From: a virus
Strand: one strand, 5' to 3'
DNA: 64,000 bases
Virus record (IMG/VR): IMGVR_UViG_3300027971_000043
Location: 1-64,000 of that record
Program-made: the position numbers and the translations under genes
Notes under the pieces: generated by a model
Databases searched by the model: none
The model's input: only the letters and a program-made list of their open reading frames with translations
Told to the model about the DNA's origin: nothing
In this document: positions 54,265 through 63,648 of the stretch, in pieces
Position numbering within the stretch: position 1 is the first letter of the stretch
Layout of the letters: each line of letters opens with the position of its first letter

Positions 54265-56531
54265 GCTTTTGGTGCGGTGTTAGTTTTCAACGCAGCACTT
54301 AAACTAGCCGCGGCCTGAGCATCTTGTAAAGCTAATTTTTGTTTCATCTCGGCTTCTTGAAACTTGGCGTCCAGCATCGCTTTTTCTTGTTTCAACTGCA
54401 TATCAAGCTGATGTTCTTGCATTTTCATTTGCATCTGAGGGCTTATAGGTTGAACTTGGCCCTGTTCTAGAGCCGCTTGCTGTTGTTCTTCGTTAGCCTT
54501 TCGGATATCTTCCTCAACATCACGTTGCAAATTGACGACAGCTTCTCGCATTAAATTCATTGCCATTTTAATCTGACCGAGTTCTCCTTGCTTTGTCTGG
54601 TCTTGAGCAATCCTGATAAAATGATCATTAACGTGCTGGAACATTAAGGAGAGATAAGCCAATGTTTGCTGTTTATCTTGTACTTGTTTATTCTGCACTG
54701 CCTCAACAATAGGACTACTCTCGCCGAGATGCACAGATAAATGAACGGAGTGATTTTCGCTAGGCAGAACGGTCATCTGTTTGCCCTCCTGCATTGCAGC
54801 GTTTTCTAACTGAGCAATCTTGGCGTCGGCAGGAATACGATTTTTAACGTTAGGATTTGGTAGATAACGGTCGACCTGATCGTAACCGACTCGAGCAGCA
54901 ATCCGGTCGCGAATTGCGTTGACTTGACCGACCTCATCAAAACGGGGAAGCATTCCCATAAATTCATTGAAGGCCGTAATACGAGCCGCTGGAGAACCTA
55001 ACCCAACGGACTTAACTGGCTCCACGCTGTATACGGCTTTGACTGCTTGCCACGGAACTCCTCTTTCTTCCAAACGAGTACGGAACAGCATGGCTTCTTT
55101 TGCTCCGTCTTCTTCTGGAACCCAAGTATCCCGTTGCAGTCTCCTAAACTGTTCCCGAAGCAATCTGCCCCAAGGAACGTAAAACAAATTCATTGAGTTC
55201 GTTGTAAGAATACTTTCATTCGCTACTTGGGCTTCAACTTCTGTGGCAGTCCTTGGATTTCCGGAAGGACCATTCATTTGAGTCCTATAAGATCCAGTAT
55301 TGCTTTGGCGAACCATCGCCATCTCATTAATTAAAGGCTGAACATTGGCTGCTAAATTTGGGTACTGAGTTTGAACAACATTAAGTCCTGGGGGCAAAAA
55401 CGATAGCGGTCCGGAATACGCCATCGACATTCTAGAAACATCTTCTCCACTTTGGGGTTGAAGAAGAACGGAAGTCTGTAGCATAGCTCCATCTGCCATG
55501 GCGCAACGCAAACGATTGGTCATCTGAATGTGCGGGAAAATCTTATAGCCTAACCCGCGAATAGAGTGATACGTGCCGTTACCAATGCCATATGTAAAAA
55601 TATGAAAAGCTTCTTCAGCGGCTTTAAACTGATTAATCTTCTTAAATAAAAAATCACCACTTCCATCTCTTCGCCCAATCGCGTGTGAATAGGATCCGTC
55701 AAACTCTCGAACGTAATAGTGTACAACGTGAATTTCTTTTGCTCGAACATGAGCAAAGTAAAGATCATTGTTCTTCATTTGCCTCTGGAGTTCTTCCCAG
55801 TTTAAGCCGTCGGCAGGAAAAGTCGTGGTAGCGTCAATAATTGCTTGTCTTGTTGCCTCAACATTCCATCCGGCCTGGGCAGCAATTTTAGGATCTTTAA
55901 TGTACTCGTATAATTCGTGGGTTAGGTAAATCCTGCGAACGCAAGCTATATCGACTTTTCCTTCGGTTGCGGAAGTTCCGCGAGGAATAAAGAAATCACC
56001 AATAGGGCAAACATTCCACTTCCAATTTCGATCATCCTCAAAGAAGGCAATTCCTAAACCTTGCGAAACAAAATAATAAGAAAGCAGTTGTTGTTTAAAA
56101 TAAAAACTGCCCCAATCTTTAGTGATAAGACGATTAAATTCTTCGGCAATAATTGCTCCGTATTCTTCTCTTTGACTTTCGTCGCCAAACTTAGTTCTAA
56201 CGTTTACCAAACGGTCAACAGAAGTTACAAGGTCATTATATGACGTAAGAGCTTTTTCAAGGTCTGCCCCAGCTTCACCGAAATTTAAATTGGCGCGGTA
56301 ACTTTGACCTAGTCTGCGAAGTACGATTGGGTCGTAAGGAGAGGCTCCGTCAAACATATCCATGATCCGAGCGCGATCGCGAGCGGACTGTTCGTCAGCC
56401 AAATACAATTGTTGATACAAACCGTGCAAACCTTTTTGATCGGTAATTCGGGTTTTAGGCGCTTTTCCCTTGTTATCCAAATTTAACAAAGAATCGTCGT
56501 TAGGAGAAGAAATAGGATATTTGGGCTCCAC
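54261..56531 (-). CDS. Portal protein
   Basis: About 756 aa after TerL; RTATEV motif; Q-rich C-terminal barrel; probable start GTG 56531 because the TTG at 56570 coincides with the -35 box. Confidence 0.85.
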   Translation of the reverse strand: MEPKYPISSPNDDSLLNLDNKGKAPKTRITDQKGLHGLYQQLYLADEQSARDRARIMDMFDGASPYDPIVLRRLGQSYRANLNFGEAGADLEKALTSYNDLVTSVDRLVNVRTKFGDESQREEYGAIIAEEFNRLITKDWGSFYFKQQLLSYYFVSQGLGIAFFEDDRNWKWNVCPIGDFFIPRGTSATEGKVDIACVRRIYLTHELYEYIKDPKIAAQAGWNVEATRQAIIDATTTFPADGLNWEELQRQMKNNDLYFAHVRAKEIHVVHYYVREFDGSYSHAIGRRDGSGDFLFKKINQFKAAEEAFHIFTYGIGNGTYHSIRGLGYKIFPHIQMTNRLRCAMADGAMLQTSVLLQPQSGEDVSRMSMAYSGPLSFLPPGLNVVQTQYPNLAANVQPLINEMAMVRQSNTGSYRTQMNGPSGNPRTATEVEAQVANESILTTNSMNLFYVPWGRLLREQFRRLQRDTWVPEEDGAKEAMLFRTRLEERGVPWQAVKAVYSVEPVKSVGLGSPAARITAFNEFMGMLPRFDEVGQVNAIRDRIAARVGYDQVDRYLPNPNVKNRIPADAKIAQLENAAMQEGKQMTVLPSENHSVHLSVHLGESSPIVEAVQNKQVQDKQQTLAYLSLMFQHVNDHFIRIAQDQTKQGELGQIKMAMNLMREAVVNLQRDVEEDIRKANEEQQQAALEQGQVQPISPQMQMKMQEHQLDMQLKQEKAMLDAKFQEAEMKQKLALQDAQAAASLSAALKTNTAPKA

Positions 56532-56541
56532 AAGTTTGGCT

Positions 56542-56570
56542 AGTATGGGGGAAGTGAATGTTCCTGTCAA
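56542..56570 (-). promoter_or_regulatory. Portal promoter
   Basis: TTGACA-17-CATACT. Confidence 0.6.
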
Positions 56571-56581
56571 TCAGATTTCAG

Positions 56582-58318
56582 TTAACCTAAAAACGAAGAT
56601 GTGGACACGGCTTGGTCTAATTTCTTTACTTGCTTTTGCCAAGAATCTCTTATTTTACCCCCAAAAAGAGAACCTGCTTGAATGCCAAGTCTTTGCCTGG
56701 CAAGGTCAAGCCCAAGGAAAAAGGCGTCGGCTAAATCGGGTGATCGGCCAAGACGAAGTTTGTAGTCTCGCTTGGGCTCAATAGTGACCTTACCTCCCGC
56801 TGTGGTTGTATACTTTCGACCGGTCATCTCTTTGGCTAAGTCGGGGAGTATACCTTTAAGCTGGCCCGACCTCATATATTCAACTCCCGAAAACCACAGT
56901 TCGGTAACGCGGTTAGTATACTTATCTAAGCCTCGAATGGGATTAGTAATGCTAACGGGCAAAGCGGATGCTTTTTCTCCAAACTTGATTCGTACAATTC
57001 TTGGGGACCAAAGCTCAGCCAAGATGTCGCAAAACGGATCGCCTGCTCCAGTAGCGTCTATGGCTAGCCGTTCAGGAGGTACACCGGATTCATTGCATAA
57101 CCGAATAACTTCTCGGGCAATCTGAAAGTTTCTGGGTTCTGGTTTGGTAACATCTTCTCTTAGGTGATGGAATTTATGCAATGCTACGGCGGGACCAGAC
57201 TCCTCGCTCTGACCATATTTAATAATGGCGAGAACTGATCTATCTCCTCCATTTGTGAATGCCGGATCAAATCCAGCCAGGAACATAGGAGTATTCGACC
57301 ATCTGGGTTCTTTGGCGACATCGTACTTTCTGAAATCGGCTTCCGAATAAATGCCCTCTTCAGCCCCAACAGGAGCTGGAAAACTTCTTATGAATCTCCA
57401 GAATGACAAGGAGTTTTCTCCCTCGTTCTCAATTGCGTATTTTACTTGCTTGGAGGTTAACAAAAACGGCCATTTATCATTGTGCTCGATGTTGGGTGTT
57501 TTAAGTCCGTCTAAGTGAACGCATTTCCCCGTCTTGGTATCCCACTCATCGGCGTCTACTGTGATTGAATTCCAACCGTCTTTTGGCGTGGAGAACACTC
57601 CAAATGGATCGTACTGCGAATTGAAATTACCTAGGGCGACGCATTGAAATTGAGGGTTAGCATTAAGATTATTAATAGCCTCAAAGACAGAGTTGGTAAC
57701 GTCGGTGGCCTCGTCAATAATTAGAAACACTCTTTTATTCTTTAAACCAATTAGTTTGGCGGTTGCTTCTTTTTCCTTGTCCGGGCTGGAGGGAACCAAG
57801 GTTATGGAGGATCGATCCGAAGCTTCGCCGGACTCAGATACGTCCAGCACAATCTTACCCATCGAGTCAATTAACTTTCCGGGAAGTCCTGGAACCTGCA
57901 TATACCGCTCGCGTATTGAACCCCATAAACGCTTTCTAGCTTCGCGAACGCTGGTCGTAGTAACCAGCACAAGAGTTTCATGCGGGGCGCACAGCCAATT
58001 AACAAGACCCCACATGGCCATAGTAGAAGTTTTAGCTGAGGACTTTGGTCCGGAAATGGCTAGATAGTTATGTTCGCAAGCTCGCTCAATCATCCAGTCA
58101 GCCCAAGGGTGCCAATGAAATCCGTTTTTGCTTTTAGTTTTGTGGTATGGCCATAAAATATCTACCACATTTTTAAAGTGCTGAGCCTTGCCCAAACCTC
58201 CATCTTCCGGGCGCAAACCCCATTTGAAGGCGAGCAATTCAATGTCGAGGTCGCCAGCACCATCGGGCCAGGACTTTCCATATTTCTCTATAGGCAAGGG
58301 ACTACTCTGCATAATCAC
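56582..58318 (-). CDS. terL: Terminase large subunit
   Basis: Walker A GPKSSAKT, Walker B IIDEA, nuclease motifs GFDPAF, IDATGAG, SPDLADA. Confidence 0.92.
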   Translation of the reverse strand: MIMQSSPLPIEKYGKSWPDGAGDLDIELLAFKWGLRPEDGGLGKAQHFKNVVDILWPYHKTKSKNGFHWHPWADWMIERACEHNYLAISGPKSSAKTSTMAMWGLVNWLCAPHETLVLVTTTSVREARKRLWGSIRERYMQVPGLPGKLIDSMGKIVLDVSESGEASDRSSITLVPSSPDKEKEATAKLIGLKNKRVFLIIDEATDVTNSVFEAINNLNANPQFQCVALGNFNSQYDPFGVFSTPKDGWNSITVDADEWDTKTGKCVHLDGLKTPNIEHNDKWPFLLTSKQVKYAIENEGENSLSFWRFIRSFPAPVGAEEGIYSEADFRKYDVAKEPRWSNTPMFLAGFDPAFTNGGDRSVLAIIKYGQSEESGPAVALHKFHHLREDVTKPEPRNFQIAREVIRLCNESGVPPERLAIDATGAGDPFCDILAELWSPRIVRIKFGEKASALPVSITNPIRGLDKYTNRVTELWFSGVEYMRSGQLKGILPDLAKEMTGRKYTTTAGGKVTIEPKRDYKLRLGRSPDLADAFFLGLDLARQRLGIQAGSLFGGKIRDSWQKQVKKLDQAVSTSSFLG

Positions 58319-58346
58319 TTGACAGTTGTCAATTTGAGTTCACTCT
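58319..58346 (+). promoter_or_regulatory. Replication-module promoter
   Basis: TTGACA-16-CACTCT; includes the inverted repeat TTGACA-GT-TGTCAA. Confidence 0.6.
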
Positions 58347-58375
58347 ACGTTCCACGATGAATACACACTTAAAAA

Positions 58376-58777
58376 ATGAACAGTTGTACAAAAGGCAAAG
58401 TCGGAGAACGTGAGTGGCGCGACGTCCTCAAGGCGAAAGGTTTCGAGGCAAGGCGCGGTCGCCAGTTCTCGGGGAGCCCGGAATCGCCAGATGTTGTCAG
58501 CAACCTCCCTTTTCACTTTGAAGTCAAAAGGGTTGAGGCACTCAACATTAATAAAGCAATGGAGCAGGCCAAACGAGACAGTGGCAAGAGTGTGCCAGTT
58601 GTGGCCCATAGAAAAAACAAGTGCCCGTGGCTTGTTACGATGGCTGCGGAAGATTGGCTTGAACTAGTTCGTGAAAAACACTCAGACGCTTGTTCAACTT
58701 CGCTCGTGGCAGGAGAAATCAAAAAGTATTATACTTCAGGCAATTCAGAACCACTCGATCGCGCTGGATTGCTCTGA
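58376..58777 (+). CDS. Holliday junction resolvase-like PD-(D/E)XK nuclease
   Basis: KGKVGERE, PDV, FEVKR, EQA, PVVAHRKN. Confidence 0.85.
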   Translation: MNSCTKGKVGEREWRDVLKAKGFEARRGRQFSGSPESPDVVSNLPFHFEVKRVEALNINKAMEQAKRDSGKSVPVVAHRKNKCPWLVTMAAEDWLELVREKHSDACSTSLVAGEIKKYYTSGNSEPLDRAGLL

Positions 58778-59975
58778 TACTGGAACTGGAAAAACAGTAA
58801 CGGCTTGTTCGGTAGTCAAAGAACTTGATATCCCGTTTGCAATTGTAGCTCCTAAAATAGTTCTTCCGGCTTGGAAAGAATGGTGTAGCACTTTTGGGCT
58901 ACAACCAAAATTCGTACTTAACTACGAAAAGTTGCGTACTGGTAACACTCCTCACATTAAAAAACTAGGAAATAAGCAATGGGAGTGGACGGACAGCAAT
59001 CCTAATTTTATGTACATATTCGACGAGGTGCATAAGTGTAAAAGCTATAAGTCTCAAAATGGGGCAATGCTTGAGGCTGCGAAATCTTCTAAAATCCTGA
59101 TGCTATCGGCTACCGCGGCCGGCAGTCCGTTGGATATGCGTTTTACGGGGAGACTGTTGGGGTTACACAACGGAGTAAACTTTTTTAGTTGGCTTCACAA
59201 GAACGGCGTAGTTAAAGCTCCGTGGGGAGGAATGACTTTTCGTGGGGGCAAGAAAGTTCTTACGGACATCCATTCGAAGATATTCCCGGACAAGGGGGTT
59301 CGGATAAGGATTAGTGAGCTTGGAGATGCTTTCCCAAGCAATCAGGTTAACGCTCAAACGTTTGACATTTCCCCAAAGATCGGAGAACTATATCAGCAAG
59401 TAGAGCGAGAGATAGCTGAACTAAAAGATAAAGCCAAAGACGATAGGGATCCGGAAAGCCCTTTAACAAAACGCCTCCGCATGAGACAGGAAATTGAACT
59501 TTTGCGAGTTCCTGTAATTGTAGAAATGGCGGAAGAATTTCTTGCAGAGGATAAAAGCGTTGTCTGCTTTGTGAACTTCAGACAAACATTGGAAGCAATC
59601 GGAGAGCGGATGAAGAAACTAAAACCTTTGTTTATCCACGGCGGCCAATCTTCTGAGGAGCGAGAAGATAATGTAAAGGCATTCCAATCAAACGCACATC
59701 ATCTATTGTTGTGTCAAATAAACGCGGGAGGAGTTGGAGTGAGTCTTCACGATTTGCACGGAAGGCCACGCGTATCGCTAATTAGTCCAACGTACTCGGC
59801 TATTGACTTGAAGCAGGCTCTTGGTCGTATTCATCGTTCAGGAGCAAAATCGCCAGCTCTTCAATACATTTTATTTGCAGCCAATTCTGTTGAGGAAGAA
59901 GTTAGCCAGTCCGTCAAGAGAAAACTTCGTAACATTGATTTATTAAACGACGGCGATTTGTTAACTCATAATTAA
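58671..59975 (+). CDS. SF2 (SNF2-like) helicase
   Basis: DTGTGKT, DEVH, LSAT, GGVGVSLHD, QALGRIHR. Confidence 0.92.
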   Translation: MKNTQTLVQLRSWQEKSKSIILQAIQNHSIALDCSDTGTGKTVTACSVVKELDIPFAIVAPKIVLPAWKEWCSTFGLQPKFVLNYEKLRTGNTPHIKKLGNKQWEWTDSNPNFMYIFDEVHKCKSYKSQNGAMLEAAKSSKILMLSATAAGSPLDMRFTGRLLGLHNGVNFFSWLHKNGVVKAPWGGMTFRGGKKVLTDIHSKIFPDKGVRIRISELGDAFPSNQVNAQTFDISPKIGELYQQVEREIAELKDKAKDDRDPESPLTKRLRMRQEIELLRVPVIVEMAEEFLAEDKSVVCFVNFRQTLEAIGERMKKLKPLFIHGGQSSEEREDNVKAFQSNAHHLLLCQINAGGVGVSLHDLHGRPRVSLISPTYSAIDLKQALGRIHRSGAKSPALQYILFAANSVEEEVSQSVKRKLRNIDLLNDGDLLTHN

Positions 59976-59978
59976 TCC

Positions 59979-60006
59979 TTGACGGTTGTGATTCCAGAGT
60001 CACAAT
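59979..60006 (+). promoter_or_regulatory. sigma70-type promoter
   Basis: TTGACG-16-CACAAT. Confidence 0.65.
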
Positions 60007-60019
60007 CTACCCCACGCTA

Positions 60020-60256
60020 ATGGACACTCAACACGCAAGGTATAGCCCAAGCACTCTTAAAAGCCGCGAACTCTGCCCAGGGTATGAACCCAAGAGGGAC
60101 GGGGAAGTACATATTGTTACCCAGCGTGGAACCGCTATGCATCACGCTTGTGAGATGAGCGACTTTGAAGATCTTAATGCCGACGAAACCAAACTCGTAA
60201 TGAAATGTTTAGATTATATCGAACGTTTGCGAGCGGAGTTAACTACCGATGCTTGA
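60020..60256 (+). CDS. N-terminal part of a DUF2800/Cas4-like nuclease
   Basis: HARYSPS...CPG...RGTAMH. Confidence 0.75.
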   Translation: MDTQHARYSPSTLKSRELCPGYEPKRDGEVHIVTQRGTAMHHACEMSDFEDLNADETKLVMKCLDYIERLRAELTTDA

Positions 60257-61121
60257 CCTCAAAGAAATTAAGCTGGAGGTTTTTGATCAATGGGGTTTTG
60301 TCGACCGATTGATGATTCGCGGCAGTAAAGCGCATTTGATTGACTATAAGTTTGGGTTTAATCCTGTCGACGACGCGGAACATAACGCTCAGATGTGGGC
60401 TTATACGTTGGGTGTATTTGATAAATATGATTACATCGATGAGGTCACAGTTCACATTTTACAACCAAGACTAGATTTGATTTTCACCCATGCGTTTAGC
60501 CGTGAGGCTGACTACGGGAGAATCCACAAAAGAATAAAAGGAATCATAGACAAATGCAAAAATCATACGGAAGCAGATTACACCCCGGGGGATCAGTGTA
60601 TTTATTGTCACAAATTACCAGACTGCCCAGCAGTCCATGGAGCCACCATGCAAATCGTTAAAGCCTATGACATGGCGCATGACGCTCAACTTCCAGAATT
60701 ATTTCAGCCAAGCCAACTATCCACGCCAGAGCGTAGGGCTCAAGCCCAACGTATTGCAATGGTTATGGAAGCTTGGTGTTCAAGTGTGCGTAAACACAAT
60801 TTAGAGTTTGCCAAAGAGGGTGGTGAAATCCCGGGGTATGGATTAAAAGAAATCCAAGGACGTCGGGAAATCAAAGACTCTCAGAAAGCTTGGGATTTGG
60901 TAAAGAATAAACTTACTCCCGAGGAGTTCAGCTCCGCGTGTGAGATTAAGTTCACAGATTTGGCCGATCTAGTTGCGGCCAAGGCGCCTCGCGGTCAGAA
61001 GACCGTGGCGAAAGAACAACTGGAAGATGACCTCATCGCTGCCGAAGCAATGACGCGCGGGGAGCCATCTTATCAACTAAGAAAAAATAAAGAAGTAAAA
61101 GAGCTAAAACAAATAAAATGA
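60249..61121 (+). CDS. Catalytic part of a DUF2800/Cas4-like PD-(D/E)XK exonuclease
   Basis: GFVD, IDYKFG, NAQMWAY, QPR, CIYC...CP. Confidence 0.85.
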   Translation: MLDLKEIKLEVFDQWGFVDRLMIRGSKAHLIDYKFGFNPVDDAEHNAQMWAYTLGVFDKYDYIDEVTVHILQPRLDLIFTHAFSREADYGRIHKRIKGIIDKCKNHTEADYTPGDQCIYCHKLPDCPAVHGATMQIVKAYDMAHDAQLPELFQPSQLSTPERRAQAQRIAMVMEAWCSSVRKHNLEFAKEGGEIPGYGLKEIQGRREIKDSQKAWDLVKNKLTPEEFSSACEIKFTDLADLVAAKAPRGQKTVAKEQLEDDLIAAEAMTRGEPSYQLRKNKEVKELKQIK

Positions 61122-61834
61122 AAACATCATTCAGTAAGAAGGATAAAGAAGCCGTAGAGGCAAACGAAGACAAAGCATTGGCTGTTGCGGAGAACAAATC
61201 TCCGACTATTACCAATCGCAACGCCGGAGTAGACGGAGAGTTTAAAGCTTCCGACTTTTTGATCCCCAGGATCAATCTTGTCGGTAAAACTGGAAATCTC
61301 AGTAATAACTTCCAACCCGGTTCTTTTGTATTTAACAAAGAACTTGTTGTTGGTAGTAAAGACTCAGCAATGGAAGCAATCATCACTCACATCCAGAAGA
61401 AATACATCCAGGAAATTCCTTACGGAACGGATGTGATTCCAAAGATCTTTGCTTCGCAGGCTGAAGTCGAAGCGGCAGGTGGAACTTTGGATATCTCCGA
61501 GTCCGACGATGTGGATCGGTATATTCCATTCTTGGTTCTGACCCTGTTGGTTGCAGAGCCTAAAGATAAGAATCCGATCTTTTCTCTTGAGGGACCGGAT
61601 AAAAAGAACTACGCGCTGGCGCAATACAACCTCACAAAAAGTGCGTACCGCGGAGCTGGTCGTCAGTTGTTGACTGACAGTCAGACAGTGTTGCGGGGTG
61701 GCCTAACAAAGGGTCGCTACCAGGTGAGTAGCAAGCTCAACACCAATACGATGGGCAGTTGGTTTACCCCCACGTTCAAATTGGCTGGAACAAACAATGA
61801 CGAGTTCCAGGCTTGGGCTTCTAGCTTAATCTAA
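61118..61834 (+). CDS. Putative ssDNA-binding protein
   Basis: Between nuclease and polymerase; DFLIPRINLV, SWFTP. Confidence 0.55.
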   Translation: MKTSFSKKDKEAVEANEDKALAVAENKSPTITNRNAGVDGEFKASDFLIPRINLVGKTGNLSNNFQPGSFVFNKELVVGSKDSAMEAIITHIQKKYIQEIPYGTDVIPKIFASQAEVEAAGGTLDISESDDVDRYIPFLVLTLLVAEPKDKNPIFSLEGPDKKNYALAQYNLTKSAYRGAGRQLLTDSQTVLRGGLTKGRYQVSSKLNTNTMGSWFTPTFKLAGTNNDEFQAWASSLI

Positions 61835-61939
61835 GCAGATGAAGAAGGGGAGACGTTCCGGCATGGTGCGGCGCGAGAAGCGTCGACAGGTTAAGTGTTC
61901 CTTGCCGCGTGAAACACCGGACGTCCTCCGTCGACTTGT

Positions 61940-61968
61940 ATATCTCTTGAGGGATATATTTCATTTTC
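61940..61968 (+). terminator. Possible intrinsic terminator
   Basis: ATATCTC-TTGA-GGGATAT followed by T-rich tail. Confidence 0.4.
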
Positions 61969-61999
61969 AAGTTCAAACACCGACGCAAGTGAAAGGTAT

Positions 62000-62299
62000 A
62001 TGGATCAAGACAAAATAGCGCCAACTGCGATTGAGGTCGCAAATGAGGCTTTTTCTGTAATCTGTAAGATTATGGATAAAGGCTCAGACAAAAGTGTGTT
62101 TGGACAATGGTTTCATACGGACAGCCGGAGATATAATGCCGATCGAATGATAGGGCATGTGTGTCAGGCTATGACACAAATTGACGGCAATAGACCTAAT
62201 CCAGATACAAATGGGGAAGATGCTATTGCTCATTTAGAAAGGGCATTGGTACGAGCTGCGTTTCTTTTATATAAAACTAATAGAGGTAAAATACAATGA
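62000..62299 (+). CDS. dATP/dGTP diphosphohydrolase (DUF5664)-like protein
   Basis: MDKGSDK...W...Y.ADR..GH...GED..AHLERAL.RAAFL loosely fits the family. Confidence 0.45.
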   Translation: MDQDKIAPTAIEVANEAFSVICKIMDKGSDKSVFGQWFHTDSRRYNADRMIGHVCQAMTQIDGNRPNPDTNGEDAIAHLERALVRAAFLLYKTNRGKIQ

Positions 62300-62502
62300 T
62301 GGAACATTTTTGGTTATGGCTTTTTGTGTGGATCAGCAAGCGATGGTTCCCTACTGTCATCTTTTCTACTGATCCAAAAACTGAACGCACTACATCTATT
62401 TTCTTTTTTGACTGTGACGCTCACGCAAAAAAACTAATGGATATTATCCAAGAAAATAAACTAAACCACCAACTAGAAAAGGAGACAACTAATGATAATT
62501 GA
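62296..62502 (+). CDS. Hypothetical protein
   Basis: ATGA overlap, GAGG RBS. Confidence 0.5.
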   Translation: MMEHFWLWLFVWISKRWFPTVIFSTDPKTERTTSIFFFDCDAHAKKLMDIIQENKLNHQLEKETTNDN

Positions 62503-62725
62503 ATGGCTATGGGATCGGCGGGGATTTGCATTCCCCAAAACTGAAACAAAAAGCACCAAAGCAAATATAAAAAAGGTAAAAGCAAATGCAAAAAGAAAAA
62601 CAAAAAAACGAAAATAAATTTACCTCGGAGGTATTAAAGGAGCTAGATTATCTTCTAGCAGAAGGCTTTATATGTTTAACCAACCCGAAGAATCCTACCA
62701 TTGTTTTAAACCAGGAGGCCAACAT

Positions 62726-63028
62726 ATGAAAATTGAAGAAGTTATAGGCAAAGAAGAACTTGAAAAAGAAACCTTTGAATCTCAGAGAAATCTGAATAGG
62801 ATACATCAGTTTTACCACCGGGTGGTGGATCTGGCGGAACAAAACCATAAAACGGCTGCTGTCCTTGTGGAGGAAAACGGCCGTCTACAAATAGAGAACG
62901 AGGGGCTAAAAGAGTTTACCCAGGAACTCTTAGGCTTCATGGCAGACCTTGAGCGGGAATGTTCAGATTGCCGCAGCAGGGCTAGGTCACTCGTCCTCAA
63001 CCAACCACAAATGAAAGAAGATAAATAA
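62726..63028 (+). CDS. Coiled-coil hypothetical protein
   Basis: AGGAGG RBS before MKIEEV. Confidence 0.6.
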   Translation: MKIEEVIGKEELEKETFESQRNLNRIHQFYHRVVDLAEQNHKTAAVLVEENGRLQIENEGLKEFTQELLGFMADLERECSDCRSRARSLVLNQPQMKEDK

Positions 63029-63029
63029 T

Positions 63030-63365
63030 ATGATTGAGTTAGCAGTTCAGATTAAAAACGAAGAAGGAACAGATAAGATCAGCGTTGAGATGCTCCCTAG
63101 AGATGGGGAGGCAAACGCGGTTGAAAAAGATGTGTTGACCGGATTGTTCCCTCTTATGGTGGAACTTCTTAACGGAGTTCTTGGTGGAGAAGGTTTTCGA
63201 AAAATGGAAAAGATGGCGGAAGTTCCAGAACAAGAGTCACGTATTCTGGACAAGAATGGCGCTCCAACATCTATTCCCATGAATGAAGAATACCTTCTTA
63301 AAAAAGGTCTTATCGAGCCACTCGATGGGCCTCAAATCGTAGATAGAAAATCCTTAGAGGGTTAA
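63030..63365 (+). CDS. Acidic hypothetical protein
   Basis: Tightly packed ORF. Confidence 0.6.
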   Translation: MIELAVQIKNEEGTDKISVEMLPRDGEANAVEKDVLTGLFPLMVELLNGVLGGEGFRKMEKMAEVPEQESRILDKNGAPTSIPMNEEYLLKKGLIEPLDGPQIVDRKSLEG

Positions 63366-63366
63366 C

Positions 63367-63648
63367 TTGAAGCGAGCCAGTGAAGGGCTGGCCGAACAGT
63401 TTAACATAATACCGTATCCATTCGTGGGTAAGGATTATGATGAAATCGCGGCCGAGTTTGTATTGCTACGGGAGTCTGGAGTTCGTTCCGCAGAACTTGC
63501 TCAGATGCTTTTGGACGCAATAGAAATCCTTTTACGGGGACTGGCAAAACCAAAAATAACAAAACAAAGAGAAGAAAAACTTACCAGAGATCTGTCAGAC
63601 ATGCTTGGGAGACTTAGCATCCTTGAAGACCTCAACTTTAAAAAATGA
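63367..63648 (+). CDS. Hypothetical protein
   Basis: GAGG RBS; ATGA overlap with polymerase. Confidence 0.55.
   Translation: MKRASEGLAEQFNIIPYPFVGKDYDEIAAEFVLLRESGVRSAELAQMLLDAIEILLRGLAKPKITKQREEKLTRDLSDMLGRLSILEDLNFKK

Noticed and set aside
58671-58777. 107-bp resolvase/helicase overlap as a programmed frameshift
   Set aside because: Both proteins look complete independently and no clear slippery site with a stimulatory structure was seen
60020-61121. CRISPR-associated cas4
   Set aside because: No array or other cas genes; the replication-module context is typical of stand-alone phage nucleases
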